This document shows, piece after piece, positions 1-9,300 of a DNA stretch of 64,000 nucleotides. The notes below the pieces were generated by a model. It saw nothing but the letters and a program-made list of their open reading frames with translations, was not told the origin of the DNA and made no database searches. Within the stretch, counting starts at the first letter, position 1. Each line of letters starts with the position of its first letter. The position numbers and the translations under genes are program-made. The DNA is taken from the IMG/VR virus record IMGVR_UViG_3300021977_000001. One strand, given 5' to 3'. Source of the DNA: a virus.

Positions 1-1
1 T

Positions 2-229
2 CTAACTGCTCCTGGTGAGTCAGTACTTCACTCGATCGAATTCACTGGCCTAACTCAGGTTGGTACTACGGTTGATGCAGTGGCACAGTCTATCTTAGAC
101 ACCATGTCACTATCTGGCGTTAACCCGAACAACCGTGCGGCGTTTGTTGAGAAACTAACAGCTGATCTTGAAGCGGTGGACAATGGCTTTGCTGAATTAG
201 TAGAGCGCGCGTCTACACCTGCTGCATAA
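2..229 (+). CDS. 3' end of tail tube protein (phiKZ gp30/SPN3US gp255-like), partial; not in the supplied ORF track
   Basis: Frame 2 is open from the window edge to TAA 227-229 and reads LTAPGESVLHSIEFTGLTQVGTTVDAVAQSILDTMSLSGVNPNNRAAFVEKLTADLEAVDNGF. This resembles the C-terminus of phiKZ-type tail tube proteins as I recall them. It is followed by a terminator hairpin. Confidence 0.6.
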   Translation, partial: LTAPGESVLHSIEFTGLTQVGTTVDAVAQSILDTMSLSGVNPNNRAAFVEKLTADLEAVDNGFAELVERASTPAA

Positions 230-252
230 CAAAAAAGAAACAGCATAAGTAA

Positions 253-287
253 AAGAGCACGAGGAAACTCGTGCTCTTCTATGCCGT
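253..287. terminator. Bidirectional hairpin between convergent genes (11-bp stem, GAAA loop) flanked by AAAAAAGAAA and TATGCCGT
   Basis: AAGAGCACGAG-GAAA-CTCGTGCTCTT at 253-278; AAAAAAGAAA at 231-240; TATGCCGT at 280-287. Confidence 0.85.
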
Positions 288-892
288 CATGGTTGAATAG
301 GGGTAAATACAAGATGAGTGATGACTCGGTTAACGAAATCCACAGGGTCTATATCTAACAATCCTATTTGATATAATGCAGCTTCAGCTATAGCTGGTGA
401 GGTTAATATTAGATCAGAATCCACTATCATCTTGTTCATCTCCATATATATCCCCATAATACGCTCTGTGAGCTCCTGTATGTTGATTTTAGGCATGAGG
501 TTATGAAGTAGATCAGTTTGTTCGTATATGAGCTCTGAGACGTCTACAGACTGCAATTCGCTTAGATACAATAGAGTAGAGTCTATTAACGTTTCACGAC
601 TATCTATAGTGTCCAATAAAGTAAAACGACGTGAGGTCTCTAGCCAGCTTAATTTAAGATGGGTAGGTAGTGCAATAAAGTCTTCTGGCGCAGCATTGGC
701 TAATGTACTTCTAAGGGCAATGATAAGTTCTTCTGATAATGTATTTACATATACAGGCGTGTCGCTTACATCACTACAAGGTATCCCTAGTGTTTGTACG
801 CGTTCTAAATTCACCCACCTTTGATGTTTAAGCGGGATGTATGTTTTAAAGGCTGGTAGATGTTCCGCTAGTGTAAGTAGAGGGGTGGTCAT
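287..892 (-). CDS. hypothetical protein (201 aa)
   Basis: ORF with AAGGA upstream of ATG; fits the minus-strand gene run. Confidence 0.75.
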   Translation of the reverse strand: MTTPLLTLAEHLPAFKTYIPLKHQRWVNLERVQTLGIPCSDVSDTPVYVNTLSEELIIALRSTLANAAPEDFIALPTHLKLSWLETSRRFTLLDTIDSRETLIDSTLLYLSELQSVDVSELIYEQTDLLHNLMPKINIQELTERIMGIYMEMNKMIVDSDLILTSPAIAEAALYQIGLLDIDPVDFVNRVITHLVFTPIQP

Positions 893-963
893 AGGACGTT
901 CCTTATAGTAGGGATACGGTCATAACGCAGAAGGTTTTACCCTTCTGCGCGATGATAAAGCTA

Positions 964-1272
964 TTACGCTTCTTTGGCTTGGAGGGTTGCGAATTGCTGC
1001 AACGCTTCGTTTTGATATTGGACTGTTAACTGACGAAAAGTTACAGGATCCCATTTATCATCTTCATCCATGAGGCGGTTGGCAGTAGCCATTACCGTTG
1101 TAACGTAATGTTTAAAACGGCTAGCTAGCTGTTGATCTGTTTCAGTTTGGAAACCGGCATTATCAGCAGCGGTGGTAACAAATGCTTTCTCTTTGTCTAA
1201 CTGCTCTTTAGGCAATGGGATCTTGCCTAGAAAACTGTTAGCCACGGTGAGGAAGTTATCTTTTCTTGACAT
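964..1272 (-). CDS. hypothetical protein (102 aa)
   Basis: AAGGAG Shine-Dalgarno upstream; followed by the hairpin CGCAGAAGG...CCTTCTGCG. Confidence 0.75.
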   Translation of the reverse strand: MSRKDNFLTVANSFLGKIPLPKEQLDKEKAFVTTAADNAGFQTETDQQLASRFKHYVTTVMATANRLMDEDDKWDPVTFRQLTVQYQNEALQQFATLQAKEA

Positions 1273-1319
1273 TAGTAATGCTCCTTAATTAAGCGCGTGA
1301 TACAAGCTTGTCATAGTTA

Positions 1320-1727
1320 TTACGCGCTAGATGAAAGGTTATCTAATGCCTGTAAGGTTTGGTGGTATAACTCAGCTACACGGTCTGTGTCGAAGAAGTA
1401 CGCTTCGTTTAAGAAGAGATAAGCGGCATGATCGTTGATTATGTTGTCAATCAGATTGTTTATCATGGTTGTCTCATCCCAGCCCGAGTACTGGTTTCGG
1501 TATATCCAGTAATGAACATAAGCATACTGGTCGAATGTGCAACTCGCTGCTTGTGTACTTACTGCATTGTAAAGTGCGCGTGCGCGCATGTGATCTTGAC
1601 TAGTGATCCTTTCACCAATCGCCAAACACTGTTGATTGAACATGGACGCCAACGCATGGGTGTCGCTGTTTAATGCAGCGTGAATGAATGGCGAGCTGAT
1701 CACCAGACGTAACTTTTCAGTATGCAT
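1320..1727 (-). CDS. hypothetical protein (~135 aa; start reassigned to MHTEK)
   Basis: GAGGAG lies 7 nt before ATG 1727; the track start at 1754 has a poorly spaced RBS. Confidence 0.7.
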   Translation of the reverse strand: MHTEKLRLVISSPFIHAALNSDTHALASMFNQQCLAIGERITSQDHMRARALYNAVSTQAASCTFDQYAYVHYWIYRNQYSGWDETTMINNLIDNIINDHAAYLFLNEAYFFDTDRVAELYHQTLQALDNLSSSA

Positions 1728-1814
1728 GATACGTCTCCTCGTAGTTAGATTCATAACACCTGAATATGAATATAGCCCTCCTTAGCAGGGTTCATAAGAT
1801 CTACTATTACATGT

Positions 1815-1863
1815 AAAAAAAGAATACGGCATAGATGGTAGAGACCTTATAGTCTCTACCATC
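1815..1863 (-). terminator. Hairpin terminator with TATGCCGT and a distal U-tract
   Basis: GATGGTAGAGAC/GTCTCTACCATC stem at 1834-1863; on the minus strand it is followed by TATGCCGT-ATTCTTTTTTT. Confidence 0.8.
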
Positions 1864-1886
1864 CTTGGCTTACGTATAGGCTTTCC

Positions 1887-2438
1887 CTACTTAGACAATA
1901 GCTGCTTAGCTAGTGCTGCCGCGTGCGTACGTACCGCTGTTACGTGGCTAGACGAGCTCTTACCGTAGCTCGATGTTGCTTTAAGGTCTACGTGACCTGG
2001 ACGTGCTTCAGTAACACGCTGTCCATCTTTCGGATAGCTGATATCTTTAGAGCGATGCACGGTAGCTTCTAGTTTAGTATACTTACCTACAGGCATGGTG
2101 CCGGTTACTGTTGCAATCTCGCTATCTTGCACCATCGCATCAATACCTACTTCTGATACACTTTGTGCAAGTGCAGTTGCGCACTTCTTATGGAACTCGC
2201 CAACTTTATCAACAGTTGCCATATCTAGGCCTTCAGGTAATAAACCTTCTGCTAGGCTCTTAGGTTGGTTGTATGTGATAACACCATTAGATACAGATTC
2301 AACCTGACCGGTGATTACGTTAGCGGCTTCAATCTTAGGTGCATCAACACCGATTGTTGATACCTTGTCTAGTGCTTCGGTGGTTTTCTTAGACAGAACG
2401 AATTGTTGGAATGGGCTATTCTTTTGGGCTTCAGCCAT
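1887..2438 (-). CDS. hypothetical protein (183 aa), resembles a family conserved in phiKZ-like phages
   Basis: LPEGLDMATVDKVGEFHKKCATALAQSVSEVGIDAM motif recalled from phiKZ-like phage proteins; own CCTATATTAC promoter. Confidence 0.7.
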   Translation of the reverse strand: MAEAQKNSPFQQFVLSKKTTEALDKVSTIGVDAPKIEAANVITGQVESVSNGVITYNQPKSLAEGLLPEGLDMATVDKVGEFHKKCATALAQSVSEVGIDAMVQDSEIATVTGTMPVGKYTKLEATVHRSKDISYPKDGQRVTEARPGHVDLKATSSYGKSSSSHVTAVRTHAAALAKQLLSK

Positions 2439-2536
2439 TGGAGATCTTCCTATTTGTTAATTGATTGATCGGATCAATGTTTTAATTAAAAGTACTTTAT
2501 TACACATAGGCGATGATTCACTCTACGCTCACAATA

Positions 2537-2548
2537 GTAATATAGGTG
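2537..2548 (-). promoter_or_regulatory. phiKZ-type early (virion RNAP) promoter CACCTATATTAC
   Basis: Plus strand GTAATATAGGTG upstream of the 183-aa gene; TATATTAC is the published phiKZ early promoter consensus. Confidence 0.75.
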
Positions 2549-2567
2549 TGTTTTTTAATACAGTCGT

Positions 2568-3083
2568 TTATTCATCCATAGGCCATGTGGGGACATGCCA
2601 TGCCTCTATGCCTGTATTAGACATGAGGTCGTTATTGATGATGTCAAAGCGTGTTATTGCGATGTCATCTTGTTCTATGTTAGAACTTTCTGTTAATAAT
2701 TCTAACATAGCGATTATTCCAGCTACGTACGCATTATAGCAGTCTAACGTCGCCTTCCCTTTAGGTAGGGGTGGTGTAACATCTTTAGCGAGAAACGTTT
2801 TAAAGGTATCACCTAACTTACCTTTGATGGGCGGATGAGCTGTACGATTTAACTGTCTGGAGTAACGACGAAGATGCACTTGGATGTCTGCAAGGGCTTT
2901 AACATTCTGCTCTAGCGACGCATCGTCGTTACCGCCATCTACGGCGCTATTTTTAAATAGCAACCCACCGACGTAAAAGAACGTCTTAACCAAACTCCGT
3001 TGAGAGGGTGAGATGTTCATGTACTCTGGATAGACTTTCATGAAGAATGTATCAAATGTTTCTTTAAAGGGCTGTGGATGCAT
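2568..3083 (-). CDS. hypothetical protein (171 aa) with two internal copies of a small helical motif
   Basis: FDTFFMKVYP..SQRSLVKTFFYVGG and FKTFLAKDVTP..ATLDCYNAYVAG; AAGGA RBS; early promoter upstream. Confidence 0.75.
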   Translation of the reverse strand: MHPQPFKETFDTFFMKVYPEYMNISPSQRSLVKTFFYVGGLLFKNSAVDGGNDDASLEQNVKALADIQVHLRRYSRQLNRTAHPPIKGKLGDTFKTFLAKDVTPPLPKGKATLDCYNAYVAGIIAMLELLTESSNIEQDDIAITRFDIINNDLMSNTGIEAWHVPTWPMDE

Positions 3084-3147
3084 TAATGTTTATCCTTGTT
3101 GTTTTGTGTAAATAGTTAACTAACGTCCCGCAGGATTGCACATAAGT

Positions 3148-3157
3148 GTAATATAGG
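3148..3157 (-). promoter_or_regulatory. phiKZ-type early promoter CCTATATTAC
   Basis: GTAATATAGG on the plus strand upstream of the 171-aa gene. Confidence 0.75.
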
Positions 3158-3173
3158 GGTGTATTTAATTCCA

Positions 3174-3205
3174 ACGGCATAAAGCCTTACCCGAAGGCAA
3201 GGCTT
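3174..3205 (-). terminator. Hairpin plus TATGCCGT after the protease gene
   Basis: AAGCCTT..CGAA..AAGGCTT at 3182-3205; ACGGCATA at 3174-3181. Confidence 0.75.
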
Positions 3206-3213
3206 CGTTTAAC

Positions 3214-3972
3214 CTACCAGCCTTTAGATGCAAAGCTTAGATCCTGCACCTTAGACCATCCTAGCTCAGTACGTACCATAGTTGAACTAATTGCGTTCTC
3301 CATAGATACACCTGCACTATGCTGATGACGTTCAGCCACGTCTAACATAGAAGGTACAATTTCAATATCTTCACTAATACCTTCAAGTGCTGGTGCTTGG
3401 TATTTATTTGCTACCGAGATACCTGGCTCGTTAACATAATCCCAACAGACTAACACTTTCATGTGCTTGTGCAGCTTACCGGCAACCATACGGTCGTTAG
3501 TCAATGAACGAACAGAAAAAGCAACGTTCTCTTCAGTGTTGTTTAACTGTTCTTCTAATGCTGGGCCGTGTGGTCCGCATGGTTTCACTTTACCCATCAC
3601 TGCAATAACCGGCTTACCGTGCTCATCTTTAACGTTATCTTTATCAATCCAGACTTCTTTAAAATGTACACAGATTGCTGACTCTTCAATACGTAGAATG
3701 CGTTCTAGGTACTGTTGATTGGACATGCCTGGCAAAGGCTTAGGGTGCCCATACTCGCCACGACATTGCCCATTGGCTATGCGGCGCATTAAGCTACTTG
3801 AGCTTTTAAATAAAGCCTGAGCAGATTCAAACGGATAAACAGCTCCTGCAGAATTATCAAAATCATAAGCACCTAAGACCATCTCACGATAACCATGCTC
3901 GTCCGCTTTTAACTTACCTGCTTTATTCGTACCTGCCAAGGCCGTACAGCTATACTTTGCAATGTTTGACAT
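3214..3972 (-). CDS. prohead (head maturation) serine protease, phiKZ gp175/T4 gp21-like
   Basis: GEYGHP catalytic His motif and AFSVRS catalytic Ser motif; lies next to vRNAP genes as in phiKZ/SPN3US. Confidence 0.9.
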   Translation of the reverse strand: MSNIAKYSCTALAGTNKAGKLKADEHGYREMVLGAYDFDNSAGAVYPFESAQALFKSSSSLMRRIANGQCRGEYGHPKPLPGMSNQQYLERILRIEESAICVHFKEVWIDKDNVKDEHGKPVIAVMGKVKPCGPHGPALEEQLNNTEENVAFSVRSLTNDRMVAGKLHKHMKVLVCWDYVNEPGISVANKYQAPALEGISEDIEIVPSMLDVAERHQHSAGVSMENAISSTMVRTELGWSKVQDLSFASKGW

Positions 3973-3973
3973 C

Positions 3974-4696
3974 TTATCTCCTTAACAGGTCTTCAACCCG
4001 TTCTAGACGCTCTGCAGGATCAACCAAAGCAGAATTAATCCCTTCATCTAAATAAGCGCCCATTAATTTCGCAGTGGTGTTAGATGCACCATCCTGCACG
4101 CTTCGCAGTGCTATTATCTCAGGCGGCTTATCTTCTAACTGTTTAGTATCTTTAAACTGATGACGATAAAAGACCGTACGGTCACGCGGTGATCTTGCGC
4201 GTGCGGCAGTAATCATCTCTAAGATAGCATGATTGGTATTTAAGTTAGCACCACCGTGATATAACGCAGTATCAAACAACTGTCCTAAATCACGATAGCC
4301 TAGATACCATGGCGTGTTGCCCTTTGCTACTATTTCATCAAAGATCTGATAAACCAAAGTACCTTCTTTAACCAAGTTAACGTTAGGCATAAACGTATCG
4401 CCTGGTTGAAACTCTAATGAGTAATATTCAACATCATCAACAATGATTGTATTGATATTAGAAGGCGTTAATACCATCATCGCATTAACTAGGGATACGC
4501 CATAGTACCTATCATCGACAACGATACCAAATATACCCACAATGGATACAGTAGATCCAACATTAGCAAGTTCTTTAACCGCATAGCGTTTTGGAATATG
4601 CACCGCCAAGGGCGAGACAACCTTAAGGCTGTCTTTTACCCGACGTAAAGCCTGTTGGACGCGTTTAGCATCCCGTTGATACTTAGACGCTTCCAT
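3974..4696 (-). CDS. virion RNA polymerase beta-prime C-terminal subunit (phiKZ gp176/SPN3US gp244-like)
   Basis: C-terminal ALRSVQDGASNTTAKLMGAYLDEGINSALVDP aligns by eye with beta-prime region H; sits immediately next to the protease gene as gp176 does. Confidence 0.65.
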   Translation of the reverse strand: MEASKYQRDAKRVQQALRRVKDSLKVVSPLAVHIPKRYAVKELANVGSTVSIVGIFGIVVDDRYYGVSLVNAMMVLTPSNINTIIVDDVEYYSLEFQPGDTFMPNVNLVKEGTLVYQIFDEIVAKGNTPWYLGYRDLGQLFDTALYHGGANLNTNHAILEMITAARARSPRDRTVFYRHQFKDTKQLEDKPPEIIALRSVQDGASNTTAKLMGAYLDEGINSALVDPAERLERVEDLLRR

Positions 4697-4705
4697 ACAA
4701 GCTCC

Positions 4706-6136
4706 TTAGCGTGCGTTACGTGTGACATCGATCTGAGAAGCAGCCCATTCACATACTAGATCAATAGTAGCCAACGTTGCTGCCTCACGAGGTGATAAAG
4801 ATGGATTGTTCTGCGCATGGGCATCAATATCGCTTAAGATACGCAATGCTTGGGTGTGTGGGAAGAATACTTTACACACAACCGTACGCACGTATTGATA
4901 CGTTGTTAACGAGGCACTGATTGGCGTCGCCGCTACCACGTCTAACGCACGAGCACGTAACGTGTCTTTTGGATCAATGACAATTGATTTATCATCTTCA
5001 TCCACTGCGCTGATATAAGCAAGTAGCTGTTTACGCATACCGACCGCCATAGCGCTATTACGTTTAGCGGTATTTTGCGCTTTATGTAAACGCTCAGCAC
5101 GATCATACATGCGTTGGAACGTTTCAGCTTCGCTGTTAAGTGTATTAGGTGACGGCATGCGCTCGCCTGCAAGACATGCACCCATCAACCACTCAGGTTT
5201 GCCGCCATCTTTTAAATACTGATTATAAACTTCACCTACTACTAGAATAGGCTTTTCAGTATTGCTTGCTTGAGGCATGTCTAGAATCAAACGCTGCTGA
5301 CGTACAAACGCTTCACGCTGAGCAATAACACGGTATACGCGTCGACCCGCCTGAGATAAATGCATCGATACTGCTTCTTTAAACTCAGGTAGTGAAACGC
5401 TCACGCCTTCAGGCGTATCTTCGTAGAAACGTTTAGCAATGAAAAAGCTCAGGATAGCGCTGGCTCTATCTAAGCGGGCTTTTGCTTGCTCATCTAGACC
5501 AACACGTGAAGGTGCTAGTTGGGCACGGAACGTACCTTGATAGAGTTCAAATAAGAACTCAGGTGCGAGATCCGTAAGTAACGTATCAATGTCATTATCG
5601 ATACGTGTAATGCCTGTTTTAATAAGCTCACGTAACTGACCGCCATCGTAGTCTGGGAAGATAGCAGAAGACATAGGCGGTGTTGCCACTGCTGTTTCTG
5701 CATACTTCTCAACTAATGCAATAATGGAGGCATTAGAAAATGCATCTTCAAGGAACACCGGCAGAATCTCATGACGATGACCGTGGTTAAGTTCTTCATC
5801 TAAATACGCATCAAGCATTTCAACTTGATCTAAGATGATAGGTCTAACCACGTTACGCGTTACATTAAGCATTCCTGATACCGTGTCTGCTGCTAACGCT
5901 ACGATCTCTTCCATGGCTAGATCATGCGGTATAGTACCGCCTGCGTCTTTAAGCATGGAGTTAGCACTAATGGTCTCAGATAGCGACATGCTATCGTCAC
6001 TAGGTGAAACTAATGACGTTCCAGCTTGAATAAGTTCAACAAGCGGAGTAGCGGGTTTAGGGGTGAATGTCACGTTTGCATCGGCATTTAACGTGGCGGT
6101 AGTAATACTGGCATCAAGCACATGACGGTGTAACAT
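4706..6136 (-). CDS. virion head protein (phiKZ gp177/SPN3US gp243-like), 476 aa
   Basis: Size and synteny between the gp176-like and gp178-like genes. Confidence 0.6.
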   Translation of the reverse strand: MLHRHVLDASITTATLNADANVTFTPKPATPLVELIQAGTSLVSPSDDSMSLSETISANSMLKDAGGTIPHDLAMEEIVALAADTVSGMLNVTRNVVRPIILDQVEMLDAYLDEELNHGHRHEILPVFLEDAFSNASIIALVEKYAETAVATPPMSSAIFPDYDGGQLRELIKTGITRIDNDIDTLLTDLAPEFLFELYQGTFRAQLAPSRVGLDEQAKARLDRASAILSFFIAKRFYEDTPEGVSVSLPEFKEAVSMHLSQAGRRVYRVIAQREAFVRQQRLILDMPQASNTEKPILVVGEVYNQYLKDGGKPEWLMGACLAGERMPSPNTLNSEAETFQRMYDRAERLHKAQNTAKRNSAMAVGMRKQLLAYISAVDEDDKSIVIDPKDTLRARALDVVAATPISASLTTYQYVRTVVCKVFFPHTQALRILSDIDAHAQNNPSLSPREAATLATIDLVCEWAASQIDVTRNAR

Positions 6137-6330
6137 TACACGGCTCCCTTCTTAGACAATTGGCTATTAATACTAGCAACGCACGTATCTGCTAGCATAA
6201 CAGAGAGAGGTTGCTTTTCTACGGTATCGGCAATCTCGTTACCTGCTACCTCTTTAATGACGTTCACGGCTAACTGAACAGCGCTACCTAGCACTACTGT
6301 GTTATCGTGAAGTTTATCGGTTATTTTCAT
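6136..6330 (-). CDS. small conserved protein (64 aa), probably virion-associated
   Basis: TAATG translational coupling to the downstream gene; syntenic small gene in phiKZ-like phages. Confidence 0.6.
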   Translation of the reverse strand: MKITDKLHDNTVVLGSAVQLAVNVIKEVAGNEIADTVEKQPLSVMLADTCVASINSQLSKKGAV

Positions 6331-6377
6331 GTTACACCTAATTCATGTTATTAATACGTGAGATCTACAAGGGAGGA

Positions 6378-9300
6378 TTACTCCTCCCCCTCATACAGTG
6401 CGAGTGCTCGCTTAGATCCAACTTCTAAAAGTGTGTTAGTCGTGCCTATGATCTCAGTAGCAAGCGCGATACGGTTAGAGATACTCTGATAGGCAAAGAT
6501 CATATCTATCGGAGTACCGCTTTTGGTCTCATGCTTGCCTTGTAGGACACGAGATACAACAGACTTCAGGTTATTACCTAACACTAACTTATCACCTGCT
6601 TCTTGAGAGGTAAGTGATGATAATGTCACGATAATCAACGCATGATCTAACTCTATACGTTGTTTCTCTATAATAACCGGCTCTGTCACACGACCTGTGG
6701 TAGCACGACCATCTTTATACTGCTTTGCTAACTGACTGCGTTGACGGTCAGCACGATTAGCAATGGCTTGTAACGTAGGACTCATATCAGACTTATCACC
6801 ATGATAAAGTACATCAATGCGTTCAACGTTACCCTTAAGTTTAGCCTTAGGGTTATTATTAGCCAATGTTTGTAAACTTGCTAACGTTTCTTCATCAAAT
6901 AACGCCCCATCATCAGTCAGGCCGTCTTCAATGGTACATAAAATACCATCAGCCTCAAGGGTCTCACCGACTTTAACAAGGTTAATTACTTGCTGGTCAA
7001 AGCGTACTAAAATAGCACGTGTCTTAACCGTTGGGGTACTTAATGCCTGTGACAATCTTGGTGATATTGCGGACCCATCCTCTAATGTATCTGATGTTTC
7101 CATCAAAACGACTTTTGCCATAGCTCCTGCTTTATAGCTTACCTGCTTAGGATCAAAGAAGTCAGGCTCAAAGAACGCTTCATTATAAGTAATCACGTCA
7201 CCTTGTTTAACTGTCTTCCCTACCGCTATATCGCATTTAAGCACATGCTTAGCACTACCGTCGGCTACTTTAGCATACTGCGTACCTATAGGCTTAGTTA
7301 CCTCAGTACCGTCTTTATAAGTAATGGTTACGGTAGCGTCATCTTTAGCAGTAATCTTGCCATCCTGTTTAGCTGTATAGGCGAAAAGATCATCAACACG
7401 GTGTGCCATGACTTTCTCATAGCCCGTACGTACCGGGGTACTTTTATAGCCCACTGCTTGAATACCTGAAGAGTGCTGAACCGAGGTCATGTTAGTACGT
7501 TTAGAACTATCTCTATCTGCACCCGGTGACAACAGCGAGACACTACTTACATATTTAGCAGGACCATCACCAGGCGTATAGTGGTCCGTCATACCACGCA
7601 GGTTACGTATTTTGGCATCCGGCGTTAGGTAAGTGGTGATGGCTACCTTAGCACTATCTGGTGTTGACTCTGAAATAACCCCTAGATCATTCTTATGGAA
7701 CATCCGTGAACGGCGTACCATGGTCTTAGTTGAACGACCTCCTTGACCGGCGAACGTTAACGTTTCATGCTCTTTAAGGTTGTGTACTGGGTTAGAGGTT
7801 TCAACCAATTCTGTTGATTCATCTTGGAGTACATTCAACCAGACGGCCTTAGGGTTAAGGTCAATAGATGCTTTAGATAACATGGGCTTGGCACGGTATT
7901 CACGAAGCGCTTCTACCATCTGCTTGTAAACCATCCCTGAGAAACGCTCATAGCCTCGAAGTCGCATAAAGGCACTATCCATTTCCTTAGGATGTTGGTC
8001 GGTTGCGACTAGCTCCACACTTCTAAATAACAACCCTTCAAAGGTAGTAGGTTCACCCATCTCCTGTAAGATTTCTTCAGTGATAGGATCAATGAACATT
8101 GTATCCATCAACTCCATCTCTTGGATGAAGCGGGCAGATAAACCTTGTTCGTTAATGATGTTAAAATACACATCAGGCTGATTGAAGTCATCTACGTTGT
8201 ACTGCTTGATGGCGTTCTTGTAGCTAGTAAATCCACCTAGGATTAAACTGGCTTCACGATCAGCACGTGATACGATCAACGACTCATCAGCAAAGACAAT
8301 GCGGTATTCTTGAGGTGCTAATTGCACGCGTGTGCCGACAGGAACACGTTTAACTTCTACGCCAAGTCGTTTAATCAGGTTATCTAGCCCTAACTTAAAG
8401 CCTAGTACCACACCCACCGGTATAGCCTTACTAAATACTTTAACCGTGGCCAACTCAATAGGAGGCTGACCGTCAGTAATGTCAATGACCTCGTAAAGTT
8501 CACCAATAGGCTCCATAGTCTCGCCTTTATGACGATAGACCATCTCGCTACGATCTAACGTATAGACATACTGACCATGTTTACCAATAACTACTTGTCC
8601 ATCAGTTTCAAACGCCGACACATCATCGATATTTAATACGCTAGCACGATTAGGATAATCCCACGTAAACAACACGTTATTATAGGTAAAAGTACGTATC
8701 TCTTTAGCGATGGCCGTATAGCCTCTGGGTAATACAACATCCGTAACCATAACATCGGCAAATGCAACGTCAGATAGTGGGCTGTTGTCTTCAAGCGTCT
8801 TTAATGTAAGGTGTTTAACTAACCACTTACCGTAGTCATTGACTACTTTGCCTGAACGCTCTACAAACGTCTTACCATAATAACTGGTTAACGCTACCGT
8901 AGAAGCTGATGTTTTCCTCAACGGCACGTCCGCCCTTTGTGTACGATATCTGACCTTGACTCCTCCTGCTAGAAACGTACCGTCCTCCTCTACTACAGGA
9001 AGTTTAAAACGAACGGTTGAAGGCTGACCTTTAACAGGGGTAAGTTTAACCGTATACATGTCGTACTTATCAACGGCATCGACAACGCGTTTAACCTGGT
9101 AGTCCGTTACCGCCACACCCGCCTGCTGTATGCCTAACGTCATAGCAGCAATGTCTTTTGGCATAACGTTTTTCACGTATTCTCGATGAAAAGCATTAAC
9201 GGATGTTGACAGCATGCTTTTATCTGTCACCCCTTTGATCTCAGGTAACGTGTCTTTAGGCGGCGTCAGTGTGATTGATGCGCTACCTGATGCAAGATCT

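Noticed and set aside
55-312. 85-aa minus-strand ORF in the track
   Set aside because: It is antisense to the tail-tube-like plus frame and runs through a terminator hairpin
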